From the NCBI GenBank assembly GCA_965223295.1, contig CBDCWC010000002.1:1312001-1376000 (forward strand): 64,000 bases of DNA, written 5' to 3'. Every line of letters begins with the position of its first letter. The first letter of the stretch is position 1. The translations under genes were made by a program, and so were the position numbers. Shown here one piece after another: positions 31,914 through 41,830 of this stretch. The notes under the pieces were generated by a model, which was given only the letters and a program-made list of their open reading frames with translations, did not search any database and had not been told where the DNA came from. Source of the DNA: Nitrospirales bacterium. Lineage in GTDB: Bacteria; Nitrospirota; Nitrospiria; Nitrospirales; UBA8639.

Positions 31914-32103
31914 GGGTCTGTTGAAAAAATCCGCCAGTGGCGTTCTCGCCATTGTTCCGTGCTCACGTACTACCAGTACGCTCCACGCGCAAAACTGGCT
32001 GCGGCCTTGCTGAACGGACTTTTTTGAACAGCCCGAGGCCTCCGACATGTGACGTCGCAGAGACGAAATGTGGCTATTGATATCATCGTTATTCAACAGT
32101 CCC
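31914..32103 (-). mobile_element. MITE family 1, copy D (most intact, 190 bp)
   Basis: TIR GGGTCTGTTGAAAAA vs GGGACTGTTGAATAA (13/15); direct repeat AATAC at 31909-31913 and 32104-32108. Confidence 0.85.
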
Positions 32104-32241
32104 AATACTTATTTTTCTCAAAAAGGCCAGATGTTATCGACGGGATAACAGTATTCAAGAAAAGGAGTGCGAGAAGTACAATAATAGAAAAATGAAAAAG
32201 TAAGATTTTTTAGAACCAACAGACTATTACCGCAGCACACC

Positions 32242-32913
32242 TCAACCAGTAGGTTTCATGGCCGTGACATAGAGTGTTCCAACTGCACGATCTTGAGTAT
32301 CAAGATCTCGATTAAATTCCCGGCGGCGGACATGCTCAAACCCAACCTTAACAAGCAACCTCTCTATTGTCTTGAAATCATAAGCGAAACGATGGTCATT
32401 ACCCATTCTAAAATGATAATTGAGATGCTCCATTTCTGTCTCACACCAGGCGGGATGCCATCGTTTTTTCACAAACTGGAAGTATCCTTCTTTGCGTTGC
32501 CCGGCATACTCAAGTACCGGCCATTCTGTATCTGGCACTCCAAGGCTAAACTCTCCACCGGGCTCAAGCACTCTAAAGCATTCATTGATAAATGAGACCG
32601 TTGGCTCCGGATAATCCAAATGCTCTAAAAAATGTTCTGAATAAATCATATGGCATGAATTCTCTAGGAACGGAAATTTTTCACGCAGATCCAATGTGAG
32701 ATCTGCATGGGAACCAAGATCAATATTCACCCAACCGTCTTTTGTATTGGAACCACACCCAATATTCAATTTGAGTCCACGTTCATTTCTCAATGCCCTC
32801 GCACGAAACGTTCCACATAGATGCCGAGCATTCAGTTGCAACTCTTGTATGATCACTTCAAAAGAACGTCGCAAACCACGTGTGGTTACAAACTTAACGA
32901 TACCACGAACCAT
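32242..32913 (-). CDS. SAM-dependent methyltransferase (type 11-like)
   Basis: LNIGCG, GWVNID, IYSEHFLEHL, RVLEPGG. Confidence 0.82.
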   Translation of the reverse strand: MVRGIVKFVTTRGLRRSFEVIIQELQLNARHLCGTFRARALRNERGLKLNIGCGSNTKDGWVNIDLGSHADLTLDLREKFPFLENSCHMIYSEHFLEHLDYPEPTVSFINECFRVLEPGGEFSLGVPDTEWPVLEYAGQRKEGYFQFVKKRWHPAWCETEMEHLNYHFRMGNDHRFAYDFKTIERLLVKVGFEHVRRREFNRDLDTQDRAVGTLYVTAMKPTG

Positions 32914-33255
32914 TCATCCAATCCTAAAGCCTGTGACCAGTATTGGACGCACATGTCATACGTGCAATATTGATAAAGACCAGATCTCGCTTCTCAAAGC
33001 AGGTGAAGTTCTGCTGGAACCCGTTAAGGCAGCGCAAGAGCATCTCAGCTCAAGCCATTACTGCTATAGGCAGTGTTTATCATCACAGAGGGCCACATTA
33101 ATGAGTTTGAGAGAGCCCAATTAGAATATCACTCGAGATCGCATATTTTGAGGTGCGTGATTTCACCTCAGTGGTACGACTATGAATGACACCCATAGCA
33201 CGATACGGGCAAGATGTATCTATGTAAAAAAATATTCTACAGCTAAAACATTCGT

Positions 33256-34128
33256 TTATCTCATAGACTCAACATAGAGACTTTCTGAAACACGATCAGC
33301 TTGATCAATGCAGACCTCTGGCAAAAAGGATTGTCCAAAGGATTGCTTAGTCACGCGGGTAAAATCAGATTTGATAAGCTGGAGCCTGAGATTTTCATAA
33401 TCATAAGCATACTTATGTTCTCCACCTTGGCGAAACACTAAGTTAATCAATTCCATTTTCGCGTCAAACCGACAATGATAATAGGTGTCTCGTTGATCAG
33501 AGTCTAACGGACGAACCTTACTGAGTGCCTCCCATCCAGCCTCACAATAGGCACGCAGATAGCGTTCAATATCAGGAACCACAATTCTCAGGACTCCACC
33601 CGACTGCAGAACACGATGACATTCAGCTAAAAAATACGGAACTTCTTCCGTGTAGTCGAGATGTTCAAAAAAATGTTCACAGAAAATCCCTTTTACTGAT
33701 CCATCAGGAAAGGGTAATTGTTTTCGACAATCATACACACAATTGATCCCTGGAAATGGGCGACTGTCAACATTGACCCAGCCAACCTTCCCCTTATCAC
33801 CAGCCCCAAGGTTTACTAATAATGCCTTGGCACCACTATAGTGTTTCGCAACCGAGCGGCTCTTCCACCTGATCCAGGCCATTCGTAACTCTTCTTTTAA
33901 TGGAAACAAGGTATGGACGGGAAGGATTTTATAGAGTACTCGGGTCTTGACACTCCACGGATTAGCAAAGGCTTTGCCATACTCAGGAAAAATATCGGAA
34001 TGTCGAACCTGGGGACTCATATAAACATGAATGAAAGGAGGAAGAAAATTGGCAGGCAATTTCGTCTGCCTCAAATACAAGATCTCCGTGTCACTTTTGT
34101 CTTGAGCCAGAAAAGCGTACCAAAACAA
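33256..34128 (-). CDS. SAM-dependent methyltransferase, paralogue of 32242-32913
   Basis: VNLGAG, GWVNVD, CEHFFEHLDY, RVLQSGG; true start probably downstream of 34128. Confidence 0.8.
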   Translation of the reverse strand: MFWYAFLAQDKSDTEILYLRQTKLPANFLPPFIHVYMSPQVRHSDIFPEYGKAFANPWSVKTRVLYKILPVHTLFPLKEELRMAWIRWKSRSVAKHYSGAKALLVNLGAGDKGKVGWVNVDSRPFPGINCVYDCRKQLPFPDGSVKGIFCEHFFEHLDYTEEVPYFLAECHRVLQSGGVLRIVVPDIERYLRAYCEAGWEALSKVRPLDSDQRDTYYHCRFDAKMELINLVFRQGGEHKYAYDYENLRLQLIKSDFTRVTKQSFGQSFLPEVCIDQADRVSESLYVESMR

Positions 34129-34293
34129 CTAAAAAAGGTCGAGACCATCCTCAGTCTCTGACCACCAACATACTAGATTGGTGATGAGGGGATACAATTT
34201 TGAGGAATAGGGAGAGTGCAGAACCCGTCGAAATAGCATCCAAGATTTGAGGAATACGCGAGAGAACCCAAAAACAGGAATGAGGAACAGTTC

Positions 34294-34563
34294 TTATTCA
34301 GAAACTGGCACCACACCTTTTTTCCGTTGGACATAGCCTGACATAGCACTGATCGACTGAAAATTATCAGGCGTAAGTTCATCATCCGATATGGAAATAC
34401 TAAATTCTTCTTCCAGATATGTCACTACATCCAATATCCCTAACGAGTCTAGCAGGCCGCTTTCAATCAATTGGTCATCATTTTTCACATCAAGTTGACG
34501 AGCTTTCGGAATATGTTCAAAAAGGAAATTCCGAATTCGATCAATATCTGAGATACCTTCCAT
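34294..34563 (-). CDS. Acyl/aminoacyl carrier protein (DltC-like)
   Basis: Acidic about 89-aa protein, phosphopantetheine motif GLLDSLG, ELTPDNFQSI; ATG 34563 after GGGAG. Confidence 0.88.
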   Translation of the reverse strand: MEGISDIDRIRNFLFEHIPKARQLDVKNDDQLIESGLLDSLGILDVVTYLEEEFSISISDDELTPDNFQSISAMSGYVQRKKGVVPVSE

Positions 34564-34583
34564 TGCTGACTTCTCCCTTCTAC

Positions 34584-35627
34584 TCAAATGTCGCGATCTC
34601 CTTGCATAAGCAAAAAGGGCACAGAAATATTGTCGCCATGTCTTTCTTGGGAACCTTTCGACGACCAGTTAATGATGACAGGCGTCGAATCACGAGGCTT
34701 AAACCCAACGGCCTGAAATGCCTCTTCTAAGAAATGTCCTTCTCCGAGAGCCACACTTAATGATTCACGACCACGGGTTCGAGCCAGACCAATCACGTGG
34801 TCGATCAATCCCATGAGAATACCGTCGTCGCCTACCCCAAAAACATCGACTAACTTCACGTCAGTCTTATTGTCGGACAAGACCGCATATCCCTTGAGTG
34901 TACCATTCAACCTCACCGTGATCACTTCACAGTGGTACATTGGATTCTGAAAATACTTCCAATTCAAATATGATGCATTCCGATCAAGGCAGCGTCCATG
35001 ACTCCCTTTGACAAACTGGCACAACACTGTAAATTCTTCTCCAAACTCCTCTTCGTGTCTATGAAAGGTAATGCCCTCTCCCACAGTGACATTGCGACGA
35101 GACCAATCTAAGGCCATATTGCCACATGCACTCAAGCCCCGTTGCAAGATTGTTGAACCCACTAACGACTGCACTTTTCGATCAACCTTTAGTGGTTTCA
35201 CAAACCGAATCATCTCCATCGCGGGAAGAATTTTCAACCGCTTGTATATGGCCAACATATTCTGACTGGGAAAGTCATACCAAACCTGACTTGGATTCTC
35301 ACAAATCCCTTCAAGGCATGCCCGCTGAAGTTGAAGAGCCGGACCAAGAGATCGATAAGCATCACTCACACAAAAATCCCCAAGCACCCATCCATCGTGC
35401 TTCTTTTCTCCGGCCCACAGGGACCGATAAAAGGCGCCTGCCGTACCAATGAGGTCCCCGCTCGAAGAATCTTGAACAACCCATACTAACGGGGGACCAA
35501 ATGGATTACCGTGATACAACCAGTCAAAACGTACATCATCAGAAAGGGGTGTTAAAAATTTTCGGTGAAGAGTGATGATGTCCTGACGGTCTTGACGAAG
35601 ATCTGCAGCACGGACAAAGAAACCCAT
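34584..35627 (-). CDS. GNAT-fold acyltransferase
   Basis: FDWLYHGNPFG, GDFCVSDAYRSLGPA, RNASYLNWKY..NP. Confidence 0.75.
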   Translation of the reverse strand: MGFFVRAADLRQDRQDIITLHRKFLTPLSDDVRFDWLYHGNPFGPPLVWVVQDSSSGDLIGTAGAFYRSLWAGEKKHDGWVLGDFCVSDAYRSLGPALQLQRACLEGICENPSQVWYDFPSQNMLAIYKRLKILPAMEMIRFVKPLKVDRKVQSLVGSTILQRGLSACGNMALDWSRRNVTVGEGITFHRHEEEFGEEFTVLCQFVKGSHGRCLDRNASYLNWKYFQNPMYHCEVITVRLNGTLKGYAVLSDNKTDVKLVDVFGVGDDGILMGLIDHVIGLARTRGRESLSVALGEGHFLEEAFQAVGFKPRDSTPVIINWSSKGSQERHGDNISVPFLLMQGDRDI

Positions 35628-37826
35628 TCAGCGTCTCTCCGCCGTTAATCCAACTCCGCTAGCTTTTAACATTTCTCTTCCTTTTTGTATCCAACGATGT
35701 CGGTAATAGTTGAGGTGACACATATTTCTTATTTCACTGGTCCACTTTTCATGCCATTCACGTGCTCGACCGTAAAATTCCACCACCTGAATATTTTTCT
35801 TTGTATACAGCTTCTGAATAACTTGTTCCCGCAGCACAAAGCTTGGTGACACATTCTTGAACTGTTCATCATAGGCGATCTTTAACACAATCAACATGCC
35901 ATTTCGTTCAACACACAAGTCGCTCGCGATCGGCTTCCCATCAACTAACAATTGATAGACGACCCCCTCTCCTCGAGAACAGAATTCTTGCAACATATCG
36001 CGATAAAATCGCCCTTGTGCATTATGAGCAGCAACAGCTGTTCCCTCTGATCCCTTCCAACCAGATTCTTCTAAGTCTCCATATACTCGTACATTCTCCG
36101 GAATATTTTTAGGATCTCGATTGACAACAATTGAGATCTCGCCGAGTTCTTCAAGAATTTTCTTCTTACGTCTGGCAAGGTTTCGGGTCAGGTCTTTCCC
36201 CCGCGATTTCCAATACTCCTCAAACGTGCCCGTTAAGGAAATTCGAGGGGTAGTGATATACGGAACTAATTCTGCGTCCCCTAATTCATCAAACGGGCTA
36301 AATACGGAATAGTCTGGATCTTGTTGCGTAACAGATAGCCCCAGTCCAAATCCAGGCAGACTCGCAATGAGATCTTGAATCTGCGCGGAGAGATTTCGCC
36401 TGGTCCCAAGCAAGATCAGTCCAATTGGCGCCTGAGATGGCTGAAACGTCTGCCAAAAGCCTTTTCCGCGGTCTTCCAGCAATAAGATTCCGGGATACTC
36501 ATCCTTCTTCGAGATCGCCAAATATATCGAGGAGGAGGCAAAATGTTTAACCAGTGGCTCTACAAACATCGAGTCAAGTAATGGATGTTGATGAACATTC
36601 TGATTGAGTTCATCCCACAACGTACGGTATTGCCCAAAACTCTCACGTGCATCGTAAATATCCCACTGGCGCGTACGAGAAACATTTTGAAAAACCTTTT
36701 TGGCTATGTTTTTTTCTGTAACACCCGCTTCAGAACCATTTCGAACAGACCTGGAGGCTGCGCTCGCTGTGACAGGATTTTCGCAATCGGTATTAGGGCT
36801 AGGGATTTGTCGATCTCGCAAATATTGCTTGATAGACTTGACACTGGAGTTCCGAAAAAAATTCAAGTGATACATCATACGAAAATCATTCGTCCACTTA
36901 TCTGTCCATCCTTCATTCACACGTCCATAGGTTTCCGCGAAATGGATAGATGGGTCAGCAAACAATCTTTTAAGAACCTCATATTGCAAAACATAACCGG
37001 GAGCAAAAGTACGAAAATGCTCATCGTAGGCCATCTTCAAAAACACAATCATTCCATTTCGCCGGACACACAACTTCTGTGCAACAATATTGTCGTTGAA
37101 TCGTAAACTGAACACGACTCCTTCACGATTCTGGCACAGGTCTTGAAGCATCTGGATATAAAATTTCCCCTGAGTGTTGTCGGAGGTCACCGCAGTGCCC
37201 TCCCGCCCTTTCCAACCACTCCCTTCTAACATGCCATATTGTTCAATACATGACTTCATGTCTTGCGAGGCTTCATACACATCCAGGTGTACCTCAAGAC
37301 CATCACGGTCCAGCCGCCGCAACCGTTTGCGCATATTCACTTTCAAATCTTTTCCGCGGGCATCCCAATATTGTTTAAAATCTCCATCAACAGAAATCCG
37401 TGCCGTTGTAATATAGTCCACCTTTTCCGCACAGGGATTCTGGCTAAAAAAGCGAAATGGCCCAAAATGTTGATCTTGTTGAGTCACACCAAATGCCAAG
37501 GCAAGCCCAGGGAGACTTTTAAGAATCTCATGAATTTGCCATTCAACCTTTTCTGGATTCCCTAAAAGAATCGGACCAATTGGAGCTTGTGCGGGTTGAA
37601 ACGTCCGCCACATTCCCAAGCCTGTCTGCTCCACAAGAATCATTGCCGGATATTGTTTATTTTCAGCAATACCTAAAAGGAGACTTTTACTTGGGAAGTA
37701 CCTCACAAGGGGCTTCCAGAATGCTGAACTCAGCAAGATATGGCCGTCAATCGCCCGGTTAAGTTCATCCCAGACATCTTGGTGGCGCTCAAAATGTTTC
37801 TGTGCATCCAGAAATTTCCACTTCAT
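35628..37826 (-). CDS. Tandem-duplicated GNAT (CelD/BcsL-like) protein
   Basis: Two homologous halves, each with WDELN, TFQPxQAPIG, TQQD, YITT, RGKDL, LExSGWKGxEGTAV, LKxAYDE. Confidence 0.82.
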   Translation of the reverse strand: MKWKFLDAQKHFERHQDVWDELNRAIDGHILLSSAFWKPLVRYFPSKSLLLGIAENKQYPAMILVEQTGLGMWRTFQPAQAPIGPILLGNPEKVEWQIHEILKSLPGLALAFGVTQQDQHFGPFRFFSQNPCAEKVDYITTARISVDGDFKQYWDARGKDLKVNMRKRLRRLDRDGLEVHLDVYEASQDMKSCIEQYGMLEGSGWKGREGTAVTSDNTQGKFYIQMLQDLCQNREGVVFSLRFNDNIVAQKLCVRRNGMIVFLKMAYDEHFRTFAPGYVLQYEVLKRLFADPSIHFAETYGRVNEGWTDKWTNDFRMMYHLNFFRNSSVKSIKQYLRDRQIPSPNTDCENPVTASAASRSVRNGSEAGVTEKNIAKKVFQNVSRTRQWDIYDARESFGQYRTLWDELNQNVHQHPLLDSMFVEPLVKHFASSSIYLAISKKDEYPGILLLEDRGKGFWQTFQPSQAPIGLILLGTRRNLSAQIQDLIASLPGFGLGLSVTQQDPDYSVFSPFDELGDAELVPYITTPRISLTGTFEEYWKSRGKDLTRNLARRKKKILEELGEISIVVNRDPKNIPENVRVYGDLEESGWKGSEGTAVAAHNAQGRFYRDMLQEFCSRGEGVVYQLLVDGKPIASDLCVERNGMLIVLKIAYDEQFKNVSPSFVLREQVIQKLYTKKNIQVVEFYGRAREWHEKWTSEIRNMCHLNYYRHRWIQKGREMLKASGVGLTAERR

Positions 37827-37918
37827 CGTGTGCCCCGCGTTTTACTCACTCTATCTTTTTGCTCATGACCCGCAAGCATGGAAGGTGCAAGTCGGGAAAA
37901 AGCTCTCTGACTAACATG

Positions 37919-39001
37919 CTACGCTTCCGAAAAACGTCGGCATTCAAACCGAAAGCCAAAGGTTGCGATCTCCTGATCCCAATAGCCAACTCGCTTCAAA
38001 TCAAACCGGTTGGCCCCAATACTATTCACACCAGCGGTCGTGCTGACCGCACACCTAAAACCTTCTTGTGCCACCATTTTCCGAATCTCTTCTGTAACAT
38101 CTTCTGTGCGTCCACTTGGATAGGCAAACGACAACACTGAATCTTGGATCTGTTCCTCAATCGTTCGTTTAGATTCACGAACCTCTTCTGCCACAGCCGT
38201 CACTGGCAACCGGGAGAGAATCGGATGTGTGACGGTATGAGCACCGAATCGTATCCCATATTGGTACATCTCCTTGATTTCATCCCAATTGAGCATATGT
38301 TCCGAGTGAAGGCTTTCTGGGGAAACCCCTAACGAATCAGATAAACGCTTCATTTCTTCTTTCCGAACACGATCATCCATGGCTCGCAACTGCCATAACA
38401 GTCTCTCACAAGCCAGCCGTCTCCCTGAGGCGGCACGAAGATCATACTCTTCCATTCCGGCAAAACCTTTAACATGCTTAGCCTTCGTTACGTTAATCAT
38501 CCAACAGACTTGATCATGCCATAAGACGTTCCCATTTCCGATCGCGCCAGTAGCAAGAAATATTGTCGCAGGAATTCCTAAGTCTTTGAGAATAGGAAAC
38601 GCATACTGATAGTTGTCACGGTAACCATCATCTAAGGTCACGACGACAGCTCGTTCTGGCAGGCTACCGCCTTTCAACTGTTCAACAGCTTCGCACAAGT
38701 CCAGCACATGACAGTGTCTCGCAAGATACTGCATATGGCTACGAAACGTGTGCACGGAGGTGGTCGGCAAGAAAGGAGTAGGCAAATCGCTTACGCCATG
38801 ATACATCACAATCTGAAGAGAGCGTAACGTACGTTTTTGCAAAAATATAAACCGTGAAAATCCCTCTGAACGGCTTTGTGTTTGTACATGATCAACGAAT
38901 CGACTGAATAACCCCATAAGCCCACTATGATAGACACAACTTGCAACGAACTTGAATAAATGAGATTTGAGACTACCCAAGACAACACCCACAACAATCA
39001 C
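37919..39001 (-). CDS. Polysaccharide deacetylase (CE4/NodB)
   Basis: MYHGV, TLDDGYRDN, PATIFL, GAHTVTHP, FAYPSG. Confidence 0.88.
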   Translation of the reverse strand: MIVVGVVLGSLKSHLFKFVASCVYHSGLMGLFSRFVDHVQTQSRSEGFSRFIFLQKRTLRSLQIVMYHGVSDLPTPFLPTTSVHTFRSHMQYLARHCHVLDLCEAVEQLKGGSLPERAVVVTLDDGYRDNYQYAFPILKDLGIPATIFLATGAIGNGNVLWHDQVCWMINVTKAKHVKGFAGMEEYDLRAASGRRLACERLLWQLRAMDDRVRKEEMKRLSDSLGVSPESLHSEHMLNWDEIKEMYQYGIRFGAHTVTHPILSRLPVTAVAEEVRESKRTIEEQIQDSVLSFAYPSGRTEDVTEEIRKMVAQEGFRCAVSTTAGVNSIGANRFDLKRVGYWDQEIATFGFRFECRRFSEA

Positions 39002-39054
39002 ATAGCATTACATCATCACCATGACAACACATAACACCAGGTGCATAAGGGCTA

Positions 39055-40950
39055 TCACTTGTTGTCACAATACCGACGAAGCCATAGCTCCAACATCATA
39101 AAGTTCCAAAGAATTGTTCCAAAAAACGAGGTGGAGTCTTGTTGATGCCGTTTGATCAGATCCGCGATAGCTTCTGGAGGGAAATAACCTCGTTGCTGGA
39201 ATGTCTCACTCAGCAAGAGGTCCATCATCAATTCACGAAGTTTTTTATCTGTCCTCAACCAAATTGGAATAGGCAACCCAAAACCCTGCTTTTGTTTTGT
39301 TCGGATTTCAAGGGGCAACAGATCGGCATAGGCACCCTTGAAAAATGACCGCAATTGCCTTCCCTCCATTTTGATATGGGCTGGAACTCGAGCAGCAAAC
39401 TCAGCCAAACGATAATCTAGAAATGGATACCGTACTGCGACACCATTGGCTTCAGTCATACGTGTCACTTTAAACAGATCGTTATCAGAAATCACCAAAT
39501 TGAGATCAAGGTAGAGTTGCCGTTCTAGCTCTGTATGCGCTAACTCTTTCGAACGAGAATAGAGCTCTCGAATATGGCCATGAGGGTCATATTGCTTCCC
39601 AGCACTTTCTAGAAAATTTTGAGAAAACAATTCCTCCATGGGAAGAATTTCAAGCAAACCCCATGATAACAATCGATCAGGGTACGGCGTATTTGCACGC
39701 TCAATATATTTTTTCCCTTTCAGAAACACTTTCAGCTTTAACAGTTCCGCCAGGACATACACCGTAGGCTGAATTCCCCAATCACGTAACCATTTTGGAA
39801 CTATTCCATAATAATCAAATATTTTCTGCGTCGCATATCTCTCATTGCCGGCAAAGAGTTCATCTCCCCCATCCCCTCCATACATAAACTTGATGCCATA
39901 TTCTTTCGCTAGCTTTGCGCAGAAATACGTAGGAATGGCTGAAGCATTGGCATACGGCTCATCAAAAGAATCAACCAGGAGATCAATAACTTGAAAGGTA
40001 TCTTCAGCCGTCACAATATATTCATGCTGTTCAGCCCCAAATGCTTGAGCTGCACACCGTGCAAACTTCAACTCATTAAATGCTTCTTCTCCAAACCCAA
40101 TAGAAAAGCTCTTCATCGATGTACCAGTCAGCTGAGTTAACACCCCTAATACGGTGCTACTATCAATACCGCCGCTTAAAAATGTCCCCATTTCATTTGG
40201 AGTCTTATCGTATTGCAGACGAACAAAAACGGAGTCGGAAAAAGACTCCTTCACTCCTCGAAAAAGTTCTGCCTTATCGGATGGCTGGCCATTGGTAAAA
40301 GAAAGCTCCCAATATGGTTTGACTTGAACGGCTCCATGCCTCCATGTGAGTAATTGCCCAGGAGGTAACTTTTGAATTTCTTGAAAAATTGTCCGCGGGG
40401 TCGGAATAAACGAAGACGTCACCACATCAACAATGGCAAAAGGGTTAACGGTCAAGTGCTGAGAGGAAGGACCAACCAACAGGCCTTTCATCCTCGAAGA
40501 AAAAACAAACTGGTGCTGATCTTGCCGATAGAAAATTGGATGGACTCGAAACCGATCTGAAGCAAGATACAACGTTTCCTGCCCAGCATCCCAAAAGGAA
40601 AGAGCAAACTCGCCTCGAAGACTGGACAAGAACGGCTCTGCTCCGCGCAATATGATGTGAAGCATGGCCACAAGCGGATCCTCGCAATCTCCAGCCTGTG
40701 CCAGGACATCATCAAAATTGTAGATGCTGCCATGAAAACCCAAAAGGTGAGTTTTCCCATGTTCCTCTAGCTGAGCAACTCCAGAGAATCGACCAGGAAA
40801 TTCCTGTGCGCCAAACCCCGCCACCTCTCCTGTCCGTACATGGCCTTGATACTTTTGTAACGGATCAAGTGCGCGTACCATAGGGTTGAGACTAGCAAAT
40901 TTCGTATGAGGTGCCGCTTCCCTGAACGCTATTCCACAAATTCCACTCAT
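39055..40950 (-). CDS. Asparagine-synthase-like ATP-dependent amide ligase lacking the catalytic Cys-1
   Basis: Begins MSGICG; FLSGGIDSS, GDGGDELFAG, RYPFLD, KQGFGLP. Confidence 0.88.
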   Translation of the reverse strand: MSGICGIAFREAAPHTKFASLNPMVRALDPLQKYQGHVRTGEVAGFGAQEFPGRFSGVAQLEEHGKTHLLGFHGSIYNFDDVLAQAGDCEDPLVAMLHIILRGAEPFLSSLRGEFALSFWDAGQETLYLASDRFRVHPIFYRQDQHQFVFSSRMKGLLVGPSSQHLTVNPFAIVDVVTSSFIPTPRTIFQEIQKLPPGQLLTWRHGAVQVKPYWELSFTNGQPSDKAELFRGVKESFSDSVFVRLQYDKTPNEMGTFLSGGIDSSTVLGVLTQLTGTSMKSFSIGFGEEAFNELKFARCAAQAFGAEQHEYIVTAEDTFQVIDLLVDSFDEPYANASAIPTYFCAKLAKEYGIKFMYGGDGGDELFAGNERYATQKIFDYYGIVPKWLRDWGIQPTVYVLAELLKLKVFLKGKKYIERANTPYPDRLLSWGLLEILPMEELFSQNFLESAGKQYDPHGHIRELYSRSKELAHTELERQLYLDLNLVISDNDLFKVTRMTEANGVAVRYPFLDYRLAEFAARVPAHIKMEGRQLRSFFKGAYADLLPLEIRTKQKQGFGLPIPIWLRTDKKLRELMMDLLLSETFQQRGYFPPEAIADLIKRHQQDSTSFFGTILWNFMMLELWLRRYCDNK

Positions 40951-41001
40951 AATCTCTACGATATATCTTCGTCTTGAATTAGAACACTTTTACACTTCAT
41001 C

Positions 41002-41799
41002 TCATTTGACCGGCGGAAGCTTACCTTTAAACTTTTTTTCCTTAGCAATTTGAATATATTTTTTAGCGATTTCAGCATCTCCTTTTTTATGGTAGGCCCA
41101 CGCAAGCCACCCATAAACCACAGCAAGCTTGGGATTGACTTTTTGAGCAATTTCTAACCGTTTAATTCCAGCATCAATCTCCCCAATACCTATAAGAAAA
41201 TCTCCAAATTGTGCATGGGTAATGGCATGCTGGGGATATAACTTCAGAGCTCTCTGGTAATATTTGACTGGCAAATTAGGCCGACCTAACAACTTCCCTA
41301 AAGGTGCAGCCAATGCTAAAGCTTTAGGATGATTCACAATTCGGGCAAGAGTATAATCGACCTCTGATAATGACCCATTCAACCATCCCTTTTTTAGATT
41401 TTCCGGAGCGACCAACGCATTTTTTATTTTGGGTAAAATTTGACTCGTGTGCGCGCTATTCACAAGTTGAAGTAACTGCCTCGTGTTCGGGTTAAAATAA
41501 TCATGGCTGAATGTCGGCCCTCTGGGATCATGAGTGACTCGATACACCTGACTCGACTGTTGATGGCGAACATCGCCCTGACTCCATAGATGCCTTTCTA
41601 CCCAATCATTGTTGTGACTAAAAAAAGCGACAGCACTTTCTGGAGATACCGCAGCCACACCTAACGCCAACAATACAGTCGTAAGAAACAATAGTGTTCC
41701 ACCATTCGCCCGGCAAGGGTTCCAGCATGTTAATTTCATCGTGACACCTACAAATGAGAAAGTTTTCTGCTCCATCTTCACTACCAAACAATCTGCCAA
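41002..41799 (-). CDS. Exported TPR-containing protein
   Basis: Signal-like hydrophobic segment; DYTL..NHPKAL; YYQRALKLYP and AQKVNP TPR helices; start uncertain. Confidence 0.7.
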   Translation of the reverse strand: MADCLVVKMEQKTFSFVGVTMKLTCWNPCRANGGTLLFLTTVLLALGVAAVSPESAVAFFSHNNDWVERHLWSQGDVRHQQSSQVYRVTHDPRGPTFSHDYFNPNTRQLLQLVNSAHTSQILPKIKNALVAPENLKKGWLNGSLSEVDYTLARIVNHPKALALAAPLGKLLGRPNLPVKYYQRALKLYPQHAITHAQFGDFLIGIGEIDAGIKRLEIAQKVNPKLAVVYGWLAWAYHKKGDAEIAKKYIQIAKEKKFKGKLPPVK

Positions 41800-41830
41800 A
41801 TCAGTTCAAACACAAATCGATTCTCTCAAT

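Noticed and set aside
13372-32103. Repeats as a possible CRISPR array
   Set aside because: Dispersed, over 140 bp long, no repeat-spacer periodicity, no cas genes
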